NCBI GenBank assembly: GCA_040900375.1
Contig: JBBDZC010000003.1
Coordinates: 586 to 64,585, forward strand
Length of the DNA stretch: 64,000 bases
DNA from: Candidatus Anderseniibacteriota bacterium
Lineage (GTDB): Bacteria; Patescibacteriota; Andersenbacteria; UBA10190
Direction: 5' to 3'
Shown here: piece by piece, positions 1-8,195 of the stretch
Layout of the letters: each line of letters begins with the position of its first letter
How positions within the stretch are numbered: position 1 is the first letter of the stretch
The notes under the pieces: model-generated
What the model saw: only the letters and a program-made list of their open reading frames with translations
What the model was told of the DNA's origin: nothing
Database searches by the model: none
Position numbers and translations under genes: made by a program

Positions 1-119
1 AAATACTCATGAATTTCAATCCCATTAATCTTCCGTGAGCCTGTTTCACTATTTAAAACTACTTGCGCTCGCGCTGTTTTGCGACGACCGAGACCATATT
101 GAGGAGTTTTTGATGCCAT
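1..119 (-). CDS. rpsI: 30S ribosomal protein S9, N-terminal part (gene runs off window start)
   Basis: Reverse-strand translation from ATG at 117-119 gives MASKTPQYGLGRRKTARAQVVLNSETGSRKINGIEIHEY, a canonical S9 N-terminus (YGTGRRK motif). Lies directly downstream of rplM as in the conserved rplM-rpsI pair. Confidence 0.8.
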   Translation of the reverse strand, partial: MASKTPQYGLGRRKTARAQVVLNSETGSRKINGIEIHEY

Positions 120-131
120 AGAGGATAATAG

Positions 132-569
132 TTATTTGGGAGAGGCAATTTGCGGTAGATGAGGATGAGTGGCACCCGCGTACAATTTTAGGTGACGCAT
201 GCGCTCGGCGCGTAAATTATTTTTGGGTAGCATGCCATAAATAGCTTCCTCGACAATCACGCGTGAATCACGCCGCCGTTGCTCGGCCACTGAACGTTCC
301 TTCAGGCCACCCGGGTAGCCAGTGTAGTGACGGTACATTTTTTGCGTTTCTTTATTACCCGTCAACACCACATGGTCGCAGTTTGTAATCACCACATAGA
401 CTGGCGCGACAACGTTTTTAGCAAAATCAAAACGATGTTTACCTAACAGCAAGGCAGCTGCTCTAGTCGCTAAGCGACCCAGAACTTCACCTTGGGCGTC
501 AAAATGGTGCCATTCTCCCGCATTTTCAGGAGTAGTTGGCGTATGGGTAGTAGTATCAGTTTTGGCCAT
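132..569 (-). CDS. rplM: 50S ribosomal protein L13
   Basis: 145 aa with WHHFDAQGEVLGRLATRAA...GKH motif typical of L13. Conserved position upstream of rpsI. Confidence 0.9.
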   Translation of the reverse strand: MAKTDTTTHTPTTPENAGEWHHFDAQGEVLGRLATRAAALLLGKHRFDFAKNVVAPVYVVITNCDHVVLTGNKETQKMYRHYTGYPGGLKERSVAEQRRRDSRVIVEEAIYGMLPKNNLRAERMRHLKLYAGATHPHLPQIASPK

Positions 570-574
570 CGGTA

Positions 575-943
575 TTACTTTGTGGGGAGGGCCGTCACAA
601 TGTCAACCCGCACTGTTTTTGCCCCATCAGTCCGGGTTCGGGGCAGCTTAGTTAAGCGAAGGTAGCCACCGGGGCGCGTGTATACTTGAGCGGCTATGGC
701 TTGCAGTCGTGGTAAATCTTCGGCATGCAGCAGCTGGGCTAAAAGTCGTCGGCGTCGAGCCAATGTTAATTCTTTTTTTGCTTCAGTTACAAGCGGCTCG
801 AAGAAACGCCGGAGTTCTTTACCCTTCGCTTCAGTGGTGATCAAGGAGTTATACTTAAGCAACGCACTGGTGAGGTTACTGAGCAAAGCGTGACGGTGGT
901 GAGCCCTGCGGCTCAAAATACGATTGGCGTGTTTATGCTTCAT
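575..943 (-). CDS. rplQ: 50S ribosomal protein L17
   Basis: KHKHANRILSRRAHHRHALLSNL...KGKELRRFFEPLVTEAK matches the L17 family. Follows rpoA. ORF track extends to 973, but the L17-like start MKHKHAN is at about 943. Confidence 0.85.
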   Translation of the reverse strand: MKHKHANRILSRRAHHRHALLSNLTSALLKYNSLITTEAKGKELRRFFEPLVTEAKKELTLARRRRLLAQLLHAEDLPRLQAIAAQVYTRPGGYLRLTKLPRTRTDGAKTVRVDIVTALPTK

Positions 944-1904
944 GGCCGCTAGCTTGTTCTTCAATTGTGGCAATATGAGCGGCCCGGGCTTTCATAATAT
1001 CTTCAACGGCCTTTTCGCCTAATCCGGGAATATCTTGAATTTGTTCTTCTGATAGCTCTACGACTTGCTCCACCGTGGTAATCCCAACCCGCTCGAGAGC
1101 GTTGTGGACCCGCGAGGGTAACTGCAACAAACTCAAAGTATTTTCTGGTTCGGGTGACTCGGTTTCAGTGACTAGTTCCTCTACTTCTTCAGGACGTTGC
1201 GCCGTAAGCTGCTTTTCAAAGTCGCCCTTGAGCTCTTGGAAATGGTCAGTGAGAATAGCCGCCGCTTGCTTGAGAGCATCAATTGGTTTAACGGTGCCAT
1301 CAGTCACGATCATAATGGTTAACTTATGGTAATCTGTGGCTTGGCCTACTCGTACGTTTTCTACTTTAAAGCTTACTCGCTCGACGGGAGTAAAAATAGC
1401 GTCGAGGGCAATAGTTCCAATATCTCGCTGTTCTCGTTCCCGGGCTTCAGATGGGACATAACCGCGGCCCTGCTCTACCGTGCAACGCATTTCTAATTTA
1501 GCCTTGCTGGTAGTCAGTGTCGCAATCGGCAGATCGGGATTAGCAATTATGATTTCCGGGGGAGTGGTAAAATCACCAGCGGTTATCTTCTTTTCGCCGC
1601 TAACAGTAAGCTTAATTTCAATGGGTTGATCACTAGTGGAAGACAAACGGACTCGTTTTAAGTTGAGCATAATTGTCACCATATCCTCTTTCACTCCTTC
1701 AAGAGTGGAAAATTCATGATCCACGCCATCAATTCTCATATGGGTAATGGCAGCTCCGGGTAGAGATGACAACAGCACGCGTCGTAGCGCATTTCCCACG
1801 GTCGGACCGTAACCTGGGTAATACGGGTGAATCGCAAAGGTGGTGGTATTATCCCCTTCTTCAGTGATCTCGATATGTTCGGGTAAATAAATAGGCTGGA
1901 GCAT
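933..1904 (-). CDS. rpoA: DNA-directed RNA polymerase alpha subunit
   Basis: 323 aa with N-terminal dimerisation-domain features and a C-terminal domain (VEELSEEQIQDIPGLGEKAVEDI). Conserved rpsD-rpoA-rplQ order. Confidence 0.9.
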   Translation of the reverse strand: MLQPIYLPEHIEITEEGDNTTTFAIHPYYPGYGPTVGNALRRVLLSSLPGAAITHMRIDGVDHEFSTLEGVKEDMVTIMLNLKRVRLSSTSDQPIEIKLTVSGEKKITAGDFTTPPEIIIANPDLPIATLTTSKAKLEMRCTVEQGRGYVPSEAREREQRDIGTIALDAIFTPVERVSFKVENVRVGQATDYHKLTIMIVTDGTVKPIDALKQAAAILTDHFQELKGDFEKQLTAQRPEEVEELVTETESPEPENTLSLLQLPSRVHNALERVGITTVEQVVELSEEQIQDIPGLGEKAVEDIMKARAAHIATIEEQASGHEA

Positions 1905-1932
1905 GGTAGTGCGTTAAAAAATAATAAGTAGC

Positions 1933-2508
1933 TTAGCGAGCAAAAAACTCGACTATGGCTTGAACATCAACCCCCACGTTCGCTTCCTCAATTGTTGGTA
2001 TTGCGGTCACCCGAAAACTAAAATCCTCGGCATCAATTACAATCCACGATGGCGAGTGTACATTCTGCATGCGCTTTACAAAATTAGCAAAGAGGGCCTT
2101 AGTGCGCTTACTGGAGCGGACCGATACAACATCTCCTGATTTTAAGCAGTACGAAGGGATGTCAACTGGTCGGTTATTAACGCTAAAAATTCGATGAGTG
2201 GTCAACTGTCGCGCCGCGGCCCGAGTGGGTGCAAAACCCGCACGGTAGACTGCGTTGTCAAGCCGGCGTTCAAGTAGGGCGATCAATTCCTTGCCAGTTT
2301 GTTCCTTCGCGCGCCGGGCTTGCGCATAATACTTACGTAATTGTTCTTCGCGGATGCCAAACAACTCTTTCAAGTTTTGCTTTTCTTCCATCTGGACGCC
2401 GTAGCGACTCTTAGGCTGACGCCGGGGTGCTTTCTGGCCACCGCGGGATCCTAGGCCAGGACTTTTGGGGCGCGTAGGAGCGGGAGGAGGGGGAGTTATA
2501 TCATTCAT
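1933..2508 (-). CDS. rpsD: 30S ribosomal protein S4 (Pro-rich N-terminus, no Cys zinc-finger)
   Basis: YGVQMEEKQNLKELFGIREEQLRKYY...LERRLDNAVYRAGFAPTRAAARQLTTHRIF is canonical S4. The likely start MNDITPPPP (about 2508) avoids overlap with rpsK; the ORF track extends to 2577. Confidence 0.85.
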   Translation of the reverse strand: MNDITPPPPAPTRPKSPGLGSRGGQKAPRRQPKSRYGVQMEEKQNLKELFGIREEQLRKYYAQARRAKEQTGKELIALLERRLDNAVYRAGFAPTRAAARQLTTHRIFSVNNRPVDIPSYCLKSGDVVSVRSSKRTKALFANFVKRMQNVHSPSWIVIDAEDFSFRVTAIPTIEEANVGVDVQAIVEFFAR

Positions 2509-2518
2509 AAAGTAAAAA

Positions 2519-2917
2519 TTAAACTCGCCGCCGCTTAGGTGCTCGGACGCCATTATGAGGAATAGGGGTGTTGTCACGAATCGCCGTCACACTTAACCCG
2601 GCTACTCCTAAAGACCGAATCGCTGATTCTCGGGCACTGCCGATGCCTTTAACGTATACTTTAACTTCTTCCATACCATAGGGCTTAAGTCGTTCCATGA
2701 CATCTGCCATAACCCGTTGGGCGGCAAAAGGCGTCGCCTTGCGCGCGCCGCTAAAACCCGCCCGTCCTGCACTGCTCCACACTAAGACATTGCCCGCTGC
2801 ATCGGTTACCGAAATAACTGTATTATTATATGAAGATTGAATATAAACACGCCCCTCGCGAACTTTGCGAATTTTTTTACCCTTCTTTTGTTTAGTGACA
2901 ATTGGTGTTGTAGCCAT
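2519..2917 (-). CDS. rpsK: 30S ribosomal protein S11
   Basis: RVYIQSSYNNTVISVTDAAGNVLVWSSAGRAGFSGARKATPFAAQ is an S11 signature. Confidence 0.92.
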   Translation of the reverse strand: MATTPIVTKQKKGKKIRKVREGRVYIQSSYNNTVISVTDAAGNVLVWSSAGRAGFSGARKATPFAAQRVMADVMERLKPYGMEEVKVYVKGIGSARESAIRSLGVAGLSVTAIRDNTPIPHNGVRAPKRRRV

Positions 2918-2928
2918 AAAAAAGTAGA

Positions 2929-3321
2929 TTAGGTCTTCTCCGCTGCCGCTCGTCGGCCGCTGCCAGCGGTCCGTCGAACATTGCCCCGTACCGTGCGAGA
3001 ATTAGTCTTTGTCCGCTGTCCGCGTACTGGTAGATTCTTAGCATGTCGCAAACCACGGTAGGAATTGATATCTTTGTAGTGCTTAATATGCATGACTACT
3101 TCCCGCTTTAGTTCTCCTTCAACTTTTAAGTTTTTCTCAATGTAGTCGCGCAGTGCTTGCTCTTCCTGGCTAGTTAACTCGCGAGTTTTAGTATTTTCGT
3201 CAATGCGCAACTTTTGGAGAATCTTGGGACTTAAACTACGACCGATGCCATAGATACTCGTGAGGGCCACAACAATGCGCTTTTGATCAGGTAAGTTAAC
3301 ACCACTAATACGAATCGGCAT
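2929..3321 (-). CDS. rpsM: 30S ribosomal protein S13
   Basis: MPIRISGVNLPDQKRIVVALTSIYGIGRS is an S13 signature. The start is taken at MPIRISGV, because the ORF-track start at 3360 would overlap rpmJ. Confidence 0.9.
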   Translation of the reverse strand: MPIRISGVNLPDQKRIVVALTSIYGIGRSLSPKILQKLRIDENTKTRELTSQEEQALRDYIEKNLKVEGELKREVVMHIKHYKDINSYRGLRHAKNLPVRGQRTKTNSRTVRGNVRRTAGSGRRAAAEKT

Positions 3322-3325
3322 ATCG

Positions 3326-3439
3326 TTATCCCTGTCGTTGCTTATGTTTCGGATTCTCACAAATCACATACAACCGTCCGCGGCGACGCACGACTTTACA
3401 TTTAGCACAGATTTTTTTTGTTGACGATCGTACTTTCAT
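3326..3439 (-). CDS. rpmJ: 50S ribosomal protein L36
   Basis: Not in the ORF track (<60 aa). Reverse translation gives [37 protein letters not shown], a classic L36 with its C-x2-C...C-x-H zinc ribbon, in the conserved infA-rpmJ-rpsM position. Confidence 0.9.
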   Translation of the reverse strand: MKVRSSTKKICAKCKVVRRRGRLYVICENPKHKQRQG

Positions 3440-3445
3440 ACGTGG

Positions 3446-3736
3446 TTATTCTAAGCGCAAAAGAATGCGTCCTTTTGTTAAATCATAAGGAGACATGGCG
3501 ACTTTGACGCGATCACCCGGCAGCACGCGAATCCGATGGACGCGCATTTTGCCACTTAAGTGAGCAATAATCTCCTGTCCCGCATCTAAGCGAACCCGAA
3601 ATTGAGTGTTCGGTAAATTTTCCGTTACCTCACCTTCAAGTTCAACCGTGTCACCTTTTGGCAGATACAGTAAATTACTAGTTAATAGAGAAAGTTGAAA
3701 AGGTTCTAGATAGATATATATCGTGGCTCTTTTCAA
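3446..3736 (-). CDS. infA: translation initiation factor IF-1; start codon uncertain
   Basis: The C-terminal 70 aa ([65 protein letters not shown]) align to the IF-1 S1-like fold. The first 25 aa of the ORF are hydrophobic and unlike IF-1, and there is no ATG/GTG/TTG at the canonical position. Confidence 0.8.
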   Translation of the reverse strand: MKRATIYIYLEPFQLSLLTSNLLYLPKGDTVELEGEVTENLPNTQFRVRLDAGQEIIAHLSGKMRVHRIRVLPGDRVKVAMSPYDLTKGRILLRLE

Positions 3737-3758
3737 CCCTTGACTCTTATTGCTTGCC

Positions 3759-3791
3759 AGAAAACAAAATCATCCTGCCATACACAGGATG
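3759..3791 (-). terminator. Rho-independent terminator candidate downstream of the 477-aa gene, upstream of infA
   Basis: Minus-strand hairpin CATCCTG-tgtatgg-CAGGATG (3771-3777 / 3785-3791), followed on the minus strand by ATTTTGTTTTCT (plus-strand A-tract 3759-3770). Confidence 0.45.
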
Positions 3792-3907
3792 GGATGCCAT
3801 AAACAGTTTCCTTCCTTGACGTCCGTCTTAAAGCAATCCCAAGTTCGTGTAGTGCGGATAGGGAGTAGCGTAGAATAGCTTTAAGACCCTGTCAAGCCCA
3901 CTAATTA

Positions 3908-5341
3908 TCAGGGTTGCCGCTCTGGCTGAAGATTGAGGATAATACGTTTTTCAATACGAGGGATGGATTGAACCCAAAAGGGCCATAAGTTCAAATCTAC
4001 CGATCGTACTCCAGGTAGGCCCTGGAGATAAGTAGTTGCCTCTTGGCGTTTACGACCTGCTAATTTTTCTCGAAGAGTTTCCAGTGATAGCTGCGGAATT
4101 GTGGTATGAGTGACTCGGACCAAGACTGTTGCTTCGGCTTGTTCCCAATTAATGTCCTCAACAGTTTTATTATAGGTAATAGGACCAGGAAAAAGCATAT
4201 ATTCTTGATCGAGGCGTTCTGTCAAAGCAATTGTCAGCTTGGCTTCAAGCGCTTGCTGCTCATAACCAATGACGCGAACAATCGAACGCGCCGTGTAGGG
4301 AATAGTTGCTTGTCGGCTATCAAGGGCCGCCTCGCTCGTAAAGGATATGATCTCGTTAGTCCAACTTTCCTCTAAAATAATCCAGTTTTGGGGTAGTTCT
4401 TGGCGAATCTCTTGCTCCACTTTGGCCCTCGCTTTGCTACCCGCATCTTGTCGCGCTGTCTCTAGGTCTTGTTCTTTAATAACCGCTACGTTCTCACCAG
4501 AACCCCCCGTTAAAGCTGTCGTCGCCTCCGCGTAGACCAAGGATTGAGCAGGTGCATCTAGGGCGGCGAAATTAAGACGTTGGGGTTCAATATTACTCTC
4601 GGCCCCCGCCTCGGCCGCTTCTACCTCTACACTGACAGTACCTGCTGGAGGAATTGTGGCGCTTTTTATCATGAAAAACAGCTTGTCATCCTGGGTTACG
4701 AGACGGCTGCGTTCTTTAATTTTTTGTTCATCAACAGTGCGATTAATGAGTTGCACTCTCCCCTGCGTCTTTGTGCCTATTACTTCAGTACTAGTCACGG
4801 TAGCCGAATCGGTGATCTCAACTTCGCGAAAAAAAGCCGAGCCGGGAATATTGCCAGAAGCTTCTGCTCCCTCGGCTTTAATGGTTAAACGTTCATCCAC
4901 CAGCAAGGGAGCCGTGCGCAACACCATTTTAACATTTGCCCGAGGAAGAAAAATAAACCCAGCGAGTAGGCTGGCCAGGATCACTAAACCAAGCAATGCG
5001 AGCACTACTTTGCGCTCACGGTGACCTAAACGGACTGACCGAGCCGGATTCTTGGTCTTAACCGCCGACGAAGGGGCTGAAGCTAGGCGGTTACCGCTCG
5101 CAGTTTTCTGCGGTGCCGCTACCTGAATATTAGTAACCGGTACCTTGGCGCCCGGAGGCAATCGCTTTGACTCCAGGGTTTTTTTATTAAAGTTGCTGGC
5201 CTGATTTTGATAAGTCGAGCGGGCATGCTCCGGAGAGCGCCCCGCCGGCACGGGCAACTTTGGCAAAGAGGAGAGCGGCGGCTTGTGATCACCAGGAAAA
5301 TCACGAGGATGCATATTGGGAGTAGGTCGTATATCACGCAT
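3908..5341 (-). CDS. hypothetical membrane-anchored protein
   Basis: 477 aa with a Pro/Ser-rich basic N-terminal ~120 aa, one TM helix (VVLALLGLVILASLLAGFIFL) and a large extracytoplasmic domain. I do not recognise a family. Confidence 0.5.
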   Translation of the reverse strand: MRDIRPTPNMHPRDFPGDHKPPLSSLPKLPVPAGRSPEHARSTYQNQASNFNKKTLESKRLPPGAKVPVTNIQVAAPQKTASGNRLASAPSSAVKTKNPARSVRLGHRERKVVLALLGLVILASLLAGFIFLPRANVKMVLRTAPLLVDERLTIKAEGAEASGNIPGSAFFREVEITDSATVTSTEVIGTKTQGRVQLINRTVDEQKIKERSRLVTQDDKLFFMIKSATIPPAGTVSVEVEAAEAGAESNIEPQRLNFAALDAPAQSLVYAEATTALTGGSGENVAVIKEQDLETARQDAGSKARAKVEQEIRQELPQNWIILEESWTNEIISFTSEAALDSRQATIPYTARSIVRVIGYEQQALEAKLTIALTERLDQEYMLFPGPITYNKTVEDINWEQAEATVLVRVTHTTIPQLSLETLREKLAGRKRQEATTYLQGLPGVRSVDLNLWPFWVQSIPRIEKRIILNLQPERQP

Positions 5342-5389
5342 ATCTAAACACTAATTATAGTCCCCTTTTATAGTTCTGCGCTACGGCCC

Positions 5390-7159
5390 TCATTCGAGGA
5401 CTGCCTTAATCCGGCGAATCCCCCCACCAGCTGATTCTTCTCTAGTAATCCGGAAGCGGCCAAGCTCCCCCGTCCGGGTAACGTGCGGCCCGCCACATAT
5501 TTCTCGGGAGAAGTCACCAATCATATAGACACTAACACGCTCGCCATATTTGTGGGCAAATAAACCCAAAGCTCCAGCGGCTGTTGCTTCCGCCACCGTC
5601 ATTTCTTCTTTGATCACAGGCAAGTCCGCCGTAATTTTTTCGTTAACCATGTGTTCTACTCGTTGCAATTGCTCGGCCGAGAGCTTCTCGGGGTGAGAGA
5701 AATCGAAACGCAAGCGCTCTTGGGTGATATTACTGCCTCGCTGCGTGACGTGGTTGCCTAAGATTACACGCAAAGCTTGGTGCAGCAGGTGGGTTGCGGT
5801 ATGGTAGTGGACTGATTCCTGCGAGTGATCAGCGAGTCCGCCAGAAAATTTACCGCGCGAGGCTTGCCGCGAGTCTGTCTGATGCTGCGCTAGCGCCTGG
5901 GTAAAGCTCGGCAGATCGACGGTCAATTGATGTTCGCGAGCAAGCTCTTGGGTTAATTCAATCGGAAAACCGTACGTCTCGTATAAGTGGAAGGCTTCAG
6001 TGCCAGAAATAGTGCGGGTATTGCGCTGCCGGAGCCGGTCAAAATGCCGCAACCCGGTCGTTATGACCGCCTCAAATTGGGTAATTTCAGCTTTCATCTT
6101 TTCTCGAGCCAAAGTCTCATGGCGTACCAATGAAGGATACGTTGAACCATATTGCTGCGTAGTAATATGGATGCCTTCATCCATAACCTCTGTCATATTA
6201 GTGATGCCCAGCACGCGCGCAGAGCGGACTGCTCGCCGAATCAGCCGGCGAGCCACATAACCCTGGCCTGTTTTTGAGGGCAGCACTGGATGTTCGTCGG
6301 CCAGAATGAAGGTCGCGGCCTTGAGGTGATCAGCCACAATCCGCTGGTGACGCTCATTGGGTTTACTGACGGCTGCCGCAATAGCCGCTACTAGTTCTTG
6401 GTAGGTATCAATTTCATAAATACTAGTCAGGCCCTGTAAGATCATCACCACTCGTTCTAAGCCCATCCCCGTATCCACATTTGGCTGCGGCAGGGTCTCA
6501 TAGCGGTCATTGGCTGTGCGAGTGTATTGCATAAAAACATCATTCCAAATTTCCACCCATCGCTTGTCCTGCGGATCAAAATGGACAGGCGCAGCCTCAT
6601 TCCCCGTCCAGAAAAACATTTCTGTATCTGGTCCTTGCGGGCCCAAGGCCTTTCCCCCTGCCGGCCACCAATTGTCTTTCTTGTCCAGGTGGGCTATGCG
6701 CTGCGGTGAGACCCCGCATTTTTCCCAGATTGTTGCTGCCTCGGTGTCACCAGGGGCATCGGCATCCCCCGCAAAGACGCTTACTGCCAGGAGGTTAGGA
6801 TCAATTTCTAACCACGCAGATGATGTTAAAAACTCCCAGCTCATCATGATTGCTTCACGCTTAAAATAGTCTCCGAGCGACCAATTACCAAGCATTTCAA
6901 AAACAGTTGCATGCGTGGCATCTCCCACCGCCTCAATATCGGTTGTCCGCAAGCATTTTTGGACACTGGTTAAACGCCGCCCAGCAGGATGAGGCTGTCC
7001 TTTAAGATAGGGTACTAAGGGATGCATACCGGCCGTGGTAAACAGCACCGAAGGATCGTTTTCGGGAATTAAAGGGGCACTGGGTATACGGCGATGCCCG
7101 TGAGCCTCAAAAAACTCGAGGTAGCGCTCGCGTAATTCATTAGAAGACAATTTTTTCAT
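5390..7159 (-). CDS. alaS: alanine--tRNA ligase, compact form (catalytic + tRNA-recognition + editing domains, no C-Ala domain)
   Basis: N-terminus FTTAGMHPLVPYLKG...TSVQKCLRTTDIEAVGD..HATVFEMLGNWSLGDYFK is class-II AlaRS. Editing-domain motifs HTATHLLHQAL and CGGPHV are present. Only 589 aa against about 870 typical. Confidence 0.85.
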   Translation of the reverse strand: MKKLSSNELRERYLEFFEAHGHRRIPSAPLIPENDPSVLFTTAGMHPLVPYLKGQPHPAGRRLTSVQKCLRTTDIEAVGDATHATVFEMLGNWSLGDYFKREAIMMSWEFLTSSAWLEIDPNLLAVSVFAGDADAPGDTEAATIWEKCGVSPQRIAHLDKKDNWWPAGGKALGPQGPDTEMFFWTGNEAAPVHFDPQDKRWVEIWNDVFMQYTRTANDRYETLPQPNVDTGMGLERVVMILQGLTSIYEIDTYQELVAAIAAAVSKPNERHQRIVADHLKAATFILADEHPVLPSKTGQGYVARRLIRRAVRSARVLGITNMTEVMDEGIHITTQQYGSTYPSLVRHETLAREKMKAEITQFEAVITTGLRHFDRLRQRNTRTISGTEAFHLYETYGFPIELTQELAREHQLTVDLPSFTQALAQHQTDSRQASRGKFSGGLADHSQESVHYHTATHLLHQALRVILGNHVTQRGSNITQERLRFDFSHPEKLSAEQLQRVEHMVNEKITADLPVIKEEMTVAEATAAGALGLFAHKYGERVSVYMIGDFSREICGGPHVTRTGELGRFRITREESAGGGIRRIKAVLE

Positions 7160-7259
7160 GACCGCTGATTATACCTATCCTGTTGGGCAGAGGCAAAAGT
7201 CGGCTGTTGTAGTTCAATGTGTCGACTCCACAAATAGGCAACGATTTTCTTAATATAAC

Positions 7260-7949
7260 TTAGAAGTATTTGCGCTCTTTTGAGTCTTTGATCAGTTCAT
7301 AAGCCGCCTCGGCAGTGTCGACAATAGAGTATAGATCCGCGTCAGGCAAAGAGATCGTCTGATATTTTTCTAAGAGGATTTGTTTAATCCACTGATCAAG
7401 CGGTGCCCAAAAATCATGACCGACACAAACCACAGGAACTGATTCCATCTTGCCTGTTTGCACTAAGGTGACCATTTCAAAAAATTCATCCATCGTGCCA
7501 AAACCGCCGGGAAAAAAGACATAGGCTTGCGCCGAGGCAGACAGCATAACTTTGCGAGTAAAAAAATAATGGAAACCAACACCTTTTTTCACATAGGCAT
7601 TTCGCCGCTGCTCCATTGGCAGTTCAATATCCAGACCGATTGATTCTCCCCCGCCCTCGTACGCTCCGCGGTTTCCCGCCTCCATAATTCCTGGCCCGCC
7701 ACCAGTAATTACTGTGAAACCGTTTTCTCCCAGAAGCCGCCCTAAAGCCTGAGCTTGTTGGTACCAGTGGGAATCTTCTTCGAGCCGGGCCGAGCCAAAG
7801 AAAGTTACTTCCCGGCGCAAGGCCGAGAGAAATTCAAAGCCCTCAATAAATTCAGCCATAATTCGGAAGACTCGCCAATTGGCATCTTCCGCAAAGTTGA
7901 AGGGTTTATCAATGCCGAATTTGTCATTCTCTTGAGCAATATCCCGCAT
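7260..7949 (-). CDS. LOG family protein (TIGR00730, cytokinin riboside 5'-monophosphate phosphoribohydrolase-like)
   Basis: VTFFGSARL...ITGGGPGIMEAGNRGA...PGGFGTMDEFFE are LOG / lysine-decarboxylase-like motifs. Confidence 0.8.
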   Translation of the reverse strand: MRDIAQENDKFGIDKPFNFAEDANWRVFRIMAEFIEGFEFLSALRREVTFFGSARLEEDSHWYQQAQALGRLLGENGFTVITGGGPGIMEAGNRGAYEGGGESIGLDIELPMEQRRNAYVKKGVGFHYFFTRKVMLSASAQAYVFFPGGFGTMDEFFEMVTLVQTGKMESVPVVCVGHDFWAPLDQWIKQILLEKYQTISLPDADLYSIVDTAEAAYELIKDSKERKYF

Positions 7950-8195
7950 GAACTACAGTATAGCATGTCTCGTGATAGTTCGTTGCCTTCTATTCTGCAA
8001 ACTAATAAGAATGCAAAAATTAACCCATGAGAGTTTTTATCTGGAGCCCGTAAGCCCGAGGATGAAGGGCTTTGTCACTGTCCCGGCGGGGAGCCGGCAC
8101 GCCACAGACAAAAGTCCCCCGATACCACGGGCATAAGCCCGTAGTGACTTTTATTGCCCTCCGCAAATATCCTGCCGCTCGCCGCGGGGGCGGCT

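Noticed and set aside
696-1332. Antisense ORFs inside ribosomal and rpoA genes (696-893 +, 1075-1332 +) and similar antisense ORFs within alaS, the GT genes and others
   Set aside because: They are fully contained in strongly supported genes on the opposite strand, with no independent evidence.
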